Positions 12,881 through 25,446 of a DNA stretch of 64,000 bases are shown in pieces (position 1 is the first letter of the stretch; each line of letters starts with the position of its first letter). The DNA comes from Lepidodermella squamata (lineage: Eukaryota; Animalia; Gastrotricha). A program made the position numbers and the translations under genes. Location: assembly GCA_047495785.1 (NCBI GenBank), contig JBLDXI010000054.1, positions 2,914,001 through 2,978,000 on the forward strand. The letters are read 5' to 3'. The notes beneath the pieces were generated by a model. The model was given only the letters and a program-made list of their open reading frames with translations, made no database searches and was not told where the DNA came from.

Positions 12881-14780
12881 TGATATTGAGATCTTTACTC
12901 TGAAAGACCGACTGGCTGTTCGGGCAAGCTTGCTAAAAATAACCATCATCCTAAAGAAAGGCTGTGGTCATCTTGTAGAGAATACATAACTATACTTAGA
13001 AACACTGTTTCCGCAAGGTATTACCGCACTTAGGTTAAAGTTTCTGGGGTTAAACGCCAAAGAACTGCGAAAAACGTCACAAAAAAGGCTTGTTTAGGCT
13101 TAGCGGTTACATCTAATTGAGCCATATTTAGAAAAAAGACGCCGGCTGCCATAATAAATGCTTGAAATGCTGTCAGAAAAACACTAACAAAGGTGTCGTC
13201 ACCGGTGATAAAATGCGGAATTACGGGGGAGAAGTTGCGCGCCAGGGAACTTGCGGTGCGCGGAGCGGCTACAACGCGAAAACGCGCGGCATCGCGCAGC
13301 ACGCTTTTCCGTAGCAACAAAATTTTTATTAAAAAAAAATTATTAATATAATAAAATAAAAATATTTTTAAAAGGATATTTAATTTTGTGCATAAAATTT
13401 TGCGGTAGCACGCGATTTTCCAACGCGCGCGGCGGATGTTCGGTTTCGAAAGGAACACCCTGTAGCAAGTTTATTTGCGAAGCATAAGTACAACCTAGAT
13501 TCAATAGAAGTACATGGACTATATATCGGTGCCCGCGGATCCCTGACAACTGAAGCCGTAAAACTTCTGCGCGACTATGGAATCAACGCCGGCACAGCCT
13601 TCGAAATCACTTCACAGGCCCTTAAAGACAGCATTCGAATTCTTCACCGCCATCTATATTCCAACCAACGATAAATAACCAATACTTATTATTAAGAAAT
13701 ATCACCTATACTGAAGTTAATTAATTCATATCTCTGTGTCTTAAAGGCAATGTTACTAAGAATTATGTAACGCAGACCACCAATAAATCGGTATCTCTCT
13801 AAGGTTGATGTTTTTAGAACATATTGAAATTATGATCCGATTAGCCTTTCATCTTCTTCTTGCACTTCTCATGGAATATTAAAAGAATACAAGACGGAAA
13901 TAAAGCCAGGTGCATTACGCTAACCTGTCATATAAATGAGCAGTGATTTTGTATTAGCCCGGGTTACTATTTTGGTAACTACGGTCTAAGTATATTCCGA
14001 TTTCCTAAGCTCGACTGTTTGTTGTTTTATTACTATTTTCTAGCTTAATTTCATAAATATGCTGACGTATAAAGAACATGTTATGTCATTTTATGTAGAT
14101 CTGTCACGCAGGCTCGGCAGATGTCAGGGATCGCCCATTTGCTATCAATCAATCGATAATTTCCATGGCATCGATCCCTTGCGTCAAACCTGTTGCGGTG
14201 AGCTCAACCTTTTGGCGAGTGACTGTCCGCGACTCAAAAGTTCGGCACGACGTCCGTCTTCGCCTTGTGACACGTGTGACAGGAGCTTCAAGCATCCTCG
14301 GTATTCGGTATATGCTCCAATTGCACAGATCTGTCCGGCATGCTTAAGTAGATGGTAGATGTAATGATAACAAAACGGAATGTCTATTCGAGCATAATTA
14401 TTTACGCGGAAATTGCTATTCGTACATTCGAAAATTGCATACACCCAGGCCGAGAAGAAACCGTCACGAGTTTTCACTTTCTTCATTGACGTTACTTATA
14501 TGAGACACCGGTGTGCGCATCCGATCGATTTCCGCAGGAAAGAATCATGATTTGTTGTCGCATTCATGCTCAATTATTTGTGTCTTCTCAGGAGGTGCAT
14601 TTATAGGTTGATAATAAAATTGAGTTCAATATTCGCACATGATTTTATGACTCCGCTGAGGGCCACGGTCAATCGATTCAGCGCAGCTCTCAGCAGGTGA
14701 AAATGCAGAGTGCATTCGTATTGAATTCAGCAGCCAAGGAATAGTTCACCCACTGTTAGCTCGTGAAATATTATCAAAAA

Positions 14781-15980
14781 ATGAAGCAGAACTTTATTAT
14801 TTTCATGCTAAAAAATATTGTTACCTTTGCTATCTCTGATTCTACAAGCGATGGCAATGATGCGACGCCTTTGATGTTCAAGGACTGCATGCTGATGCCC
14901 AGCGCTGTAGTCCCGAATTTAGCAACACCAGACGAGCAAATACTCGCCGAGTCTTCATTTTCTCTCGACACTCTCGTTGAAGTCAGTGAAGTGGAAGAAG
15001 TCGTGACGCTGACGGGAGGTCTATTCCTCAACTTTTATTTCGGCTGTTTAGCAAAGTCTGCCGCTATACATAACGAAACACATAGAATTCCAACATACGG
15101 GGTCATTACAAATCCCAATGATTACTGGCGACCACCGATCGTCTTCATGAACAGCCGGAATGACTATGGACTAACTCAAAACGTATATCCGGCAACGCTG
15201 ATCTTCCCCTTTCAGGGAGTTATCGTCTACTCGATATCGGGATTTTTCACTCCCAGGTGCTCCATGAATTTCCAAGCGTAATTTGAGCAGTGCAGGCTTT
15301 TTCAAGATTTTACTGTAGCTTCATTTCATTTGCCTAGGTTTCCTTTTGATCAACAGACATGCACTATCAAGATCGCGCTCTGGCTATCAAGCAGGGTTTT
15401 AACTATTAGGCAGCATACTTACAACTACTTCAGTGGCAGCAGCAATTTCATTTCATCGAATCTCGGCTGGGACCTTGTCAATGCTACCAGCGAAGTAGCA
15501 GCGCCTCCATTTATGCAAGTTGATTATTATCTCATGTTAACTTCATTCACCATCAGACGCCGGGCAGACTACTTTATTCTGAACATAATCTTGCCGTGTT
15601 TCTTCTTGACCGCGGCTCAACTGGTGACATTTACCCTGCCAACTGAGGCACCGGAGCGGGCTAGTTTCGCAGTTACAATTCTGTTAAGTTTCACAGTAAT
15701 TCAAGCCCAAGTTCAGTCAAACATTCCCAAAACACCTGTCAACATTCTTATCAACGACGTGATACAAGCTGAATCTATTTCGGCGTTGTTGGTAACTGTC
15801 TATGCTGGCGTCTCATGTGCTTGGTACAACTCGTCTAATGGAGACGTGGAAAAGTTGATTAGCGTCGGCTCGAGAAAAATTCGACTTTGCCGCTTGATTG
15901 ACCTTGTTGCTGGTATCACGTTGTTCACCTTATTACTCGCAGTTAATGTTTCGGCAGGTTTCTTAATCTATTCTAGTTGA
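14781..15980 (+). CDS. Divergent Cys-loop LGIC subunit 5 (subfamily A, closest to subunit 1); intron 15278-15337
   Basis: Spliced CSMNFQAFPFDQQTC; M2 APERASFAVTILL; ends LIYSS-stop. Confidence 0.92.
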
Positions 15981-16470
15981 TAATTATCAAATTACGTGAG
16001 ATCTGCTTCTTAAACAAGAGTGACTTCTAATAAAAAGGTAGATCTACGTTTATGCTGTATAAGTCTGGAGTCCCCTTTGCTCTCTACCTAAAACTGTCTG
16101 ACATTTTCACGCGAAATAGAGAAAGGTCGTAACTGTTCTGCTTTTCTCTTGCTTACAGCTTTCTTTATATTTTCTTGAAACAGGAAATTATAATTTTCAG
16201 CTCAAAATGGCTAACTCTTATCGTTCCCTGAAGGCCTTAAAAGTCTACGCCGTAAAACTAAACAATATTCCTACCTTTTCTCGACGGTTTTAATGAGGAA
16301 TATTTTTGGTAAGTTCCATTGCGACGATGCATGATCTAAGATGTCTAAGATCTAAGATGTCGGAAGGGCCAGCGGCAGCTGAACGCTGATACGTAATGAA
16401 AGCATTGAGTTATAGTCTTTCCCGTGACGAAGATTCTCATGGGAATCATTTACTTAACCATATACCATAT

Positions 16471-16786
16471 ACCTGAGCCCGCGAGCCTGAGCCTGGTTGG
16501 AGCCCTGACCGAGCCAACTGGTGAGCCCTGGAAATATAGTAAACAATTTTGCTTTGCCTTTTACAGAGCCTTGACTGAGCCTTTAAGCCTTTGAGCCCAG
16601 AGCCTTGACTGAGCCTCCACCCTGAGCCCGCGAGCCTGAGCCTGGTTGGAGCCCTGACCGAGCCAACTGGTGAGCCCTGGAAATATAGTAAACAATTGTG
16701 CTTTGCCTTTTACAGAGCCTTGACTGAGCCTTCGCCCTGAGCCTACGTCATACGTGCCTACGTGCCTTGAGCCTTCATCTGAGCCC
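16471..16786. repeat. GAGCC-rich array including a ~149-bp direct duplication; probably part of an unclassified TE
   Basis: cctgagcccgcgagcctgagcctggttggagccctgaccgagcc... at 16472 and 16621; many GAGCC units. Confidence 0.75.
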
Positions 16787-18378
16787 TTCGTCTGAGAAAC
16801 TCACCCATCACCTGCAGTCGCGGAAAAATCTTATTGAGTAAACTTGAGCCTCCCCTCGTGCTTAATTTATTTTGTGTTGAGGACCAATCCCGAAACCCGA
16901 ACTCGACTCGGAACAACGGAGCAATCCTACGAACAGAACAAAGCGTCAAGCCAAGCGAACCACCCAAACAAACCAGCTGCAAACCAGTCACCCAGAATCA
17001 AAACGAGTCAATATAACAAAAAAATAATAATAATAATAAAATATATAATGATAAACAAATTAATCATAATGATGTATGATAATTTGATGATATAATGATA
17101 TGATGAAATACCTGACTCTGCCCCTGGTCCGAGAGCAACTTTATTTAATGTTGGATGGACTTGAAACAATAAATCTGAAAAACTGCCATACCATATATAC
17201 CATATCAAATATGTAGTATCTAGTCTTTCGATGGACTGCTGAAATACCATTACGTATAATTGATATTTCGGGCTTGTAACGGAAAAGAACCTCTGATTCC
17301 TGATTCTTGAGATAAGGTATGGGTAAGTATACAAGAAAAGTTCGAGCCGTGAGATGAATAAACAACAGGTATTTCGCAATACCTCGCTTTAAACGTAGTA
17401 AACACCAAGTGGGCTTCATCGGATCTTTTCGACAAGCGCCTCAGGGCAGTATTCCTCGGCTTGGTTTCATCGAGGTTTGGTACGACGAGCTGAAATCCCC
17501 ACTGCAATTTTCTCCCTCGCCGATAGTCCGCTACCCGAAGTACAAAAGTTTTCCACTAATACGCTCCACCGCAATCATCGATCATCGTCAGCTTAGACAA
17601 TCCTATGGAACAACGGCACCGACGACAGCGCAGTTCTATGTAAAGCTGGAGCAGACTGTGGTTTTTTAAAAGGTACCCACAGTAGATCAATTCAAGAAAA
17701 ATTATGCATTGGTATATTACGTGCAATTAACAACAAGTGAAAGTGACATCATGACAACACCTACGCTCCCAGTTCGCTTAAGAACAAATTTAGTCAATGT
17801 TGTCTATGCAAATATAATTGTAGATTAGAAAGCCCGAAAGGTAGCCATTTGTAAACAGCCCCCGGATCACTGCTGTTTCGATTATTCATACTTAAGACTA
17901 ATATTAGAGATCAGTTCTCAGGTGCAATTTAGCTCAGCTTTTTTCAAAACCTGATTTTATGAGCGTATGCATTTATGCCGGAATTCGAAGCACACATCGG
18001 CGCAAAGCTGAAATTGGGTAAGATTCTGGACGCTTTTACCATTATCCAGCTACGAACTGGCTTCATCTCAAAAATTATAATATGCAGTCTTGCTGTCTGA
18101 GAAATAACCCCTCGGTGTACAGAGCTGAACTGGGTTCTTGAGCATCGTCATATTGAATACAATTTTCACCAAATTTCAAGCGCTGAATGTGATATTCCTG
18201 TTTTGCTCGATTTTGACCGTTTTTCAAAATGGCGTGCTCGTTTATCGCATAAATATTCATATTTGCAGACTGCACCGCTGAATCCATTCAGGCAGCTGTA
18301 TATATACATTTTGACGTTTTTTAGTGATAGCCGTGCGAGCTTCAGTTTTTATCAAAATTGATTTTCCGAAACTGCGAA

Positions 18379-19576
18379 ATGATTCACTACTTGGCATGTT
18401 TCAAAGCTCTTCTCGTCATTGCTTGTTGTTCTGCGAATGAATCCGAGAGCGATGAGGACATCATACCTATCATCTTGAGACAATGTAAACTAACGCCAGG
18501 CGCTATCGTTCCCAATCGAGCGAACCCGGAAAAGCCTGTCTTTACTGAATCACAATTTTCCCTGGACACGTTAGTTGAGGTCAGCGAGGTGGAAGAAGTG
18601 GTCACCTTAACAGGTGGCATCTTTGTGACCTTCTATTTTGATTGCGTAGCAAAGGCTGTCGAACAGTACAACAGCTCTTTCGCGATACCCGACTACGGCA
18701 TCATTACTAACACCAATGACTACTGGCGCCCGCCGATCATCCATTTGAACAGCAGATATGACTACGGGTTAACGCAAAATGTCTACCCAGCAACGATAAT
18801 CATGCCATTTCAGGGCGCCATGATATACTCGCTTTCTGGTTTCTTCACGCCAAGGTGTTCCATGAAATTCGAAACGTTAGTAGATTATTCAGAAAAGTTA
18901 ACAGTTGAAATATTATAATTGACGCTGTAGATACCCTTTTGATCGACAGACGTGTGTATTGGAAATTGCCTTATGGCTGCCTAGCAAAGCGATAACGATG
19001 ATAAGTCACAATTTCCTATACTTCAAATCAAAGGATGCGTTCATTTCAGATAATCTCGGCTGGTACCTTGATAGCGCAAACAGCAGCCTGGAGACACCTC
19101 CGTTTCTCAATGTTGACTATCATGTGATGAAGACAAGCTTTACAATCAAACGCCGACCGGTGTATTTTGTCCTCAATATTATCATGCCATGCTTCTTTTT
19201 GACTTGCGCAACAATGGTGACATTCGCCCTCCCTACGGAAGCCCCTGAGCGAGCAAGTTTCGCGGTAACCATCCTGCTTAGCTTCACAGTCATTCAAGCT
19301 CAAGTTCAGACAAATATCCCGAAGACACCGATGAACATTCTGATCAACGACGTGATTCAGGCCCAATCAATAGCAGCCCTACTGGTGACAGTCTACGCTG
19401 GGATCACTTGTGCTTGGTATGATTCATTCCAGGCAAAGGCCGAGAAAATCATTAACATCTGGTCGAAAAAAATTCGACTTTGCCGATTGATTGATGTGAT
19501 ATCAGCGTCTATTTTATTCACTCTGATACTAATTGTTAATATCGTTTGTGGTGTTTATCTGATAGTTCTGTATTAG
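18379..19576 (+). CDS. Divergent Cys-loop LGIC subunit 6 (subfamily B); intron 18876-18930
   Basis: Spliced CSMKFETYPFDRQTC; M2 APERASF. Confidence 0.92.
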
Positions 19577-21101
19577 GCTCTATTGACATTGAAATAAAAC
19601 CCCGTGAAAATCAGGACATCACATACTTGTTTTGTTTCATTGTATAGATAGGTTAGGCCTAATAGCATGATTCTCAGGCCTAGGATGGGCCTAAAAGTTG
19701 CTTGCTAGAAAATCAAAACCCTAGGGTGGGCCTAGTTTTAAAATGTAGGCCTCCGGTGGGGCTACAAAACCTAGCCCAGGCCTAACCGCTTCCATCTGGG
19801 TGCTTGAGTTCGATCTGTAACCATATGGATGTTTCGATTTTAAAGAGAGTTGCTCTTTTTGAATCTTCATTTCACCAATATTACCTATGAAGAAATCGCG
19901 ACCCTATCTGGTAAGATTGGCAATTGTTTGCCGCATAATGAGAGAAGGCTGTTTGTTGGTATAAGAAAGATGATTTTCATTCATAATTTTCGCTTGAAAA
20001 AATACTTCCGATTTAACCACTTTTTGTACCCTTCCGAATGTGGATTGTCGAGTCCATCTTCTATCAGTGCCAAGCTGTTTGCAGGGTATGGGTGTTGTTT
20101 CTCTTTCCTTCCTAAAATATCTTAGTCTTGTTGACAATCTTGCCGACAAGAGCCCCAAATCCTCCTCTATAGCCTTGGCATTTTTTATTCCGTTCTTATC
20201 CGCCGGCTAAAACTCAGCCGTTCCAGTGTAGTTAGGCCTCGCAACCATGTAAAGTGGATCTACGTCATATGCTCGTAACCTCTACCGCGTACCTTTACTC
20301 ATTAGTCACAGTGCCCGTGGCTGCGGCTGCGGCTGCGGCTGCATAAGCCCAAATTATCCCATGTATCGCCAAACCTTTCGAATTTTTCGTCCGAAATAGC
20401 CTCGGTGTGTGAAATGTATCTGGCTACCGTGAAATGTTTCATGCTTTGGTTTGAGAACCAAGTACATACTTATTTCTGAAAATATTGCTGCCACCAATGT
20501 AAATATGCTCCGATTTACGCTGTAAACACCTAGATCAATACCTAGATGCTAGATGAGACCGGGCTTTATTCCTTCTTCTGTGTTTAGTTACCGAGCTCGA
20601 ACGGCATGCAGCCCAAGTTTCCGTGCGGCTTCCGTACTGCGTTCCGATATTTCCGTTGACACACTTTAGGAGGCACGTCATGCAAAGCTTCCCGTGTGCA
20701 TTGCTTTCCGCAGTTTCACCTCTGGGACCAATAAGCTTACTGCACGCGCCACCGCTCCAGCTATCCGGGTTGCAAAAGAGTGACTGAGAGATAAACACTA
20801 AATAAACGTTGATGAGTTGCGACATAATTTCACTCAGTTTATAGCTAAAGTCATCTAGAATTGCAACTTGACCTAGACACCCACTCGGATCTTGCGTGTC
20901 CACCGCCCATTACTCAAAATTTCGACAATCAGCTGCGAGGTTTTTGCGACGCTCGCCAAATCACTCATTTTTAAAGTGGAGAGCTCGAGTAGCGCATAAA
21001 TATTCATATTTGCAGATTGCGCCGCTGAATCCATTTGAGCAGCTGTGCTTGGGTTGAGAGCAATGCGAGCTTCTGTTTTCTAAACATTGATTCACTGTTA
21101 A

Positions 21102-22300
21102 ATGATTCGCCTCGTAGCTATTCTCAACGCTATTCTCGTCATCGCTTCATGCTCTTCGGATGAAAGCGGTAGTGACGAGGACATCATACCAACTATCTTG
21201 AAACAATGCAAGCTAACGCCCGGCGCTGTCCTTCCGAATGGAGCAAACCCAGAAAAACCTGTATTTGGCGGATCGCTGTTTTCCCTGGACACGTTAGTTG
21301 AGGTCAGCGAAGTGGATGAAGTAGTCACACTAACAGGCGGCATGTTTGTAACAATCAACTTTGATTGCGTCGCAAAGGCCGCTGCAAAGTACAACATATC
21401 TGACGCCATTCCAAACTACGGCATTATCATTAACGTCAATGACTACTGGCGCCCGCCGATTGTCCATATGAACAGCAGATATGACTACGGGCTAACGCAA
21501 AATGTCTACCCAGCAACGTTTGTGTTTCCAGCTCAGGGTGCTATAATGTACTCGCTTTCTGGCTTCTTTACACCACGGTGTTCAATGAAATTTGAAACGT
21601 TAGTAGATCGTACTAGTTTCGCAAAAAGAATTTTAATCCTCTATCCTATACTAGCTATCCTTTCGATCGACAGACCTGTGAACTAAAGATCGCTGTATGG
21701 CTGCCAAGTAAGGCTCTCACGATTATGGCTCACAACTGCGTATTCTTCGTATCAGCAGATGCGTTCATTTCCAGTAATCTTGGCTGGGACCTTGATAGTT
21801 ATAATAGCAGCATGGAGAGTCCTCAATTTCTCGGTGCTGACTATTACTTGACGAAAACAACATTCACAATTAAACGTCGACCAGCTTATTTTGTTCTCAA
21901 TATCATCATGCCATGCTTATTTTTGACATTTGCTACAATGGTGACATTCGCCCTGCCGACGGAAGCCCCCGAACGAGCAAGTTTCGCGGTAACTATCCTG
22001 CTTAGTTTCACGGTCATTCAAGCTCAAGTTCAAACAAATATCCCAAAAACACCGATGAACATTCTGATCAACGACGTCATTCAGGCCCAATCAATTGCTG
22101 CTCTGCTGGTGACAGTCTACGCAGGGATCACTTGTGCTTGGTATGAATCATTCCAAGAAAAGGCCGAGAAAATCATTACCATCTGGTCGAGGAAAATTCG
22201 ACTTTGCCGCTTGATTGATTTGATATCAGCGTCTGTTCTATTCACTGTGGTACTCATTGTTAATATCGTTTGCGGTGTTTATCTGATAGTGCTGTATTAG
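21102..22300 (+). CDS. Divergent Cys-loop LGIC subunit 7 (subfamily B); intron 21599-21654
   Basis: Spliced CSMKFETYPFDRQTC; M2 APERASF. Confidence 0.92.
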
Positions 22301-22521
22301 GCTCTATCGAAATTGAAATAAATCCCCGTGAAAATCAGGATATCATCACTGCATACTTGTTTTGTTTCATGATTTTGAAGCGAAATGACCGACTTTACAC
22401 CCCCGGGATTGCTCTCATAAATGTCAAGCGAATTCATGTAAATGAATAATTTATTGTCACTGTTGGCGGTTCATGCTTTCAACCTTGGCTACTCATCCAT
22501 TGATTCTATCCTGATCGAAAA

Positions 22522-23837
22522 ATGTGGAGATTTAGAGCCTGCCTGGTTGCCGTATTACTGGCTACTGATAATTACGAACAAACTTCTGCGGCTGATGACG
22601 ATGAAGACATCAGGAAGGTTGTGTTTCGAGAATGTAACATGCTGCCATCTGCAACTAGTCCGACTGAATTTTTACGCAAGCCTCAACCTGCTATGGGATC
22701 CTTTATGTTCATGCGATTTGTTGAACTGGACGATGTTTCGGAGACTTTCACGCTTCTAGGAGGCGTCGCTTTGGGTTTCCCAGTCGAATGCATAATGAAC
22801 GCTGCCATTCGTTACAACAGTTCTGGTCGTATTGTACCACCTCATTGGATGATGACAAATGCCAAGGATTACTGGCGCCCTCCTATTGTTCAGCTTAATA
22901 GGTAAAGCTTTCACAGGAGAGTTGCGGAGAATGACTTTATTACTTATTTCAATAGCCGATCTGATTATGGAATGAACAAGGACATTTTCCCGGTTATTAT
23001 GACGTTTCCGTTTCAAAACGGATACGTGCAATATGTTATCACTGGACCCTTCACTTCGACATGCAAGATGGATTTCTACAAATTTCCATTCGATAAGCAA
23101 AGCTGCAATATGACATTCGTAAGACATCAGCGATAGTAATTTAATTGATGATTTCAGCCTGTGATTTTCATCAGGCGCTATGGCTGACTCCTGAAATGCT
23201 GTATTTGATATCATTTGATTCCCAATTTATGGATGGCAACGGCAAAGACTTCATATCGGAAAATCTAGGCTGGGATTTAATGGGTAACATCACAAGCGAC
23301 AGTAAAATCGTTTACAGCGGAGGATCTAGTTACTACCAGCTTGATGTCAACTTGAAATTCAAACGCCGACCTCTATACTTCGTAATGAACATCATAGCTC
23401 CATGCTACATACTAACCATAATTCAACTCGCTGCGTTCTTCGTCCCTCCTGAGGAACCAGATAGAAGCAAGTCAGTTGTTTGGCTCATTCTATGATTGGG
23501 GGTTTAATTTGATTGTTTTCATAGTTTCGCCGTTACAATTCTGCTGGCCTTTACTGTTCTTCAAGGTTCAGTGGCAAATAACATACCGAAAACTCCTCAG
23601 AACATCTTGCTTGTGGATATAATTATGGGAGAAACGATATCAACTATGCTGGTTACTTTCTACTCGGTGATAACGTGCGCCTACCCGGATTCATTTCGCA
23701 AAAAGGCCGAGAGAATCGTCACAGTGTTTGGGATTCATGCTCGGCACTGCCGTGCCATCGATGTTTTTGCTTTCATTTTCACAGCCTTCACGATGACAGT
23801 TCTGAACAGCGTAATTTTGTGCATAATGATGGGCTGA
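22522..23837 (+). CDS. Divergent Cys-loop LGIC subunit 8; introns 22902-22955, 23119-23174, 23471-23524
   Basis: YWRPP, uninterrupted Cys-loop CKMDFYKFPFDKQSC, RRPLYF, spliced M2 EPDRSNFAVTILLAFT. Confidence 0.88.
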
Positions 23838-24060
23838 TACTTGTGACTTGAGAGGGGGTTAATTGCCTCGAGCTGGTTTATTTGCTGGATCTGATAATTG
23901 CAGTCAATCTGATTCTATAAAGTCAGTCAAAAACTGAGTGAAGTGCTAGTCTTATAAGCCCACCAGGGGATCGAACTTTTAATGCATGAATAAATCATCG
24001 AGTTAGTTACTAACAACACAAGCTTTACACAACATTTTTCAGTATTTTTTGGCTTTCTAA

Positions 24061-25384
24061 ATGATTTTACCTACGCTGATAATTTTCGCTGTACTGGTTA
24101 ACGTGCTGAATGCGGCCGCTGCTACCTCGACGCCGGCACCAATAATTTACCTTAATGATGACTTGAAAGAGTACTTCCGCAATGAATGCCATCTATTACC
24201 TGAAGTCACATGCCCGAACGACTTTGATGTTCCGAAAAGACCTCTTCCAACGACAGTTTCAATGGTTCTTTCCAGTTTTGTGGAAGTAGACGACCTACAC
24301 GAAACGCTGGTTCTTTCTGGAGCCATACATTTTTCGATCACCATGGATTGCATTAAACGTTTGGCATTCAAGTTGAACAAAACGCAATACGTCCCTCCGA
24401 ATTGGGTGATTACAAATCCAGATGAATATTGGCACCCGCTGTTGACTCACATGAATAGGTATGAGCTATCAAAGTTATTGAATCAGATTATTAATAGCTC
24501 ATTCTTTTTCAGTCGCTACGATTACGGCTTATCGAACGACGTGTTTTTGAGCATAATGATGTATCCTTTCGAGGGACAATACAGCTACACAATATCGGGT
24601 TTGTTCAGCTCCATGCTGCGGGTCAACTTCAAACAATTTCCATGGGGCATCACTAATGCTCAGATGAATGTAATTTTTCTGATGAAAATATTAAGGTTCA
24701 CGTCTGACTTCATCATTTCAGTTTGGGATATGGCAATCAAATGGAATGCTAGGTATAAATTTGACAAATCCTGAAGTCTATTACTCTGACGGAAAAGAAA
24801 ACTTCATTTCGAGCAATGCCGGCTGGAATCTAGGCAATGTATCCGCGAAAGTGTTTATGCATGAAAATGCCGGCCCAGACGGTTTCAACTACTACGAAGT
24901 TGTCGTGGAGTTGAATTTGGATAGAAGACCGGATTACTACGTCATCAACATCATCGCACCATGCTTGGTTCTAACTTGCGCTCAACTCGCATCCGTTGGA
25001 ATTCCGCCAGACTTGGCTGCAAGACCAGCGTATTATACTCCGAATTTCATTGCTACTTTACTACTCATTTTTGCTAGGCTATCTGTGACAATATTGCTAT
25101 CATTCACCTTAATTCAAGCAAGTGTTGTTAGCAACATCCCGAAAACACCTGTGGACATAAAATTGAGCGATTTGATCCTCGGCGAGATGATGCTCGCAAT
25201 GCTGATCACATTCTACACCGCAGTCATGGGCGCTTGGACAGATTCTTACCCAGAGTTGGCTGAAAAAGAAACGAGTCTGGGTTGCCGGCGCTCTCGGCTG
25301 GTCGACGCATTAGCTTTTGTTGCGTTTCTGTCAATTGCCGTAGCCTTGAATCTTGTTTTTATTAGAGCTATGTTTTTAGGCTGA
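24061..25384 (+). CDS. Cys-less pentameric LGIC subunit 9; introns 24459-24512, 24670-24721, 25030-25077
   Basis: YWHPL; the Cys-loop region reads L-RVNFKQFPWGITN-A; RRPDYY; spliced M2 DLAARPALSVTILLSFT; PKTP; M4. Confidence 0.85.
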
Positions 25385-25446
25385 TATCAGTTGTAAATAA
25401 TCAAATTCTGAAATCACAACGGAATAATTTGGAAGCAGTTTGCTTG

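Noticed and set aside
13178-13464. DNA transposon ends (CACT..., ...CACCCTGTA)
   Set aside because: Only single unmatched termini were found, with no partner TIR or TSD.
14059-14358. Possible zinc-finger ORF (CDTC...H, CPAC)
   Set aside because: Spacing does not fit C2H2 or other finger patterns, and there is no supporting exon structure.
16471-16786. CRISPR-like array
   Set aside because: Eukaryotic context, no unique spacers of constant length, no cas genes.
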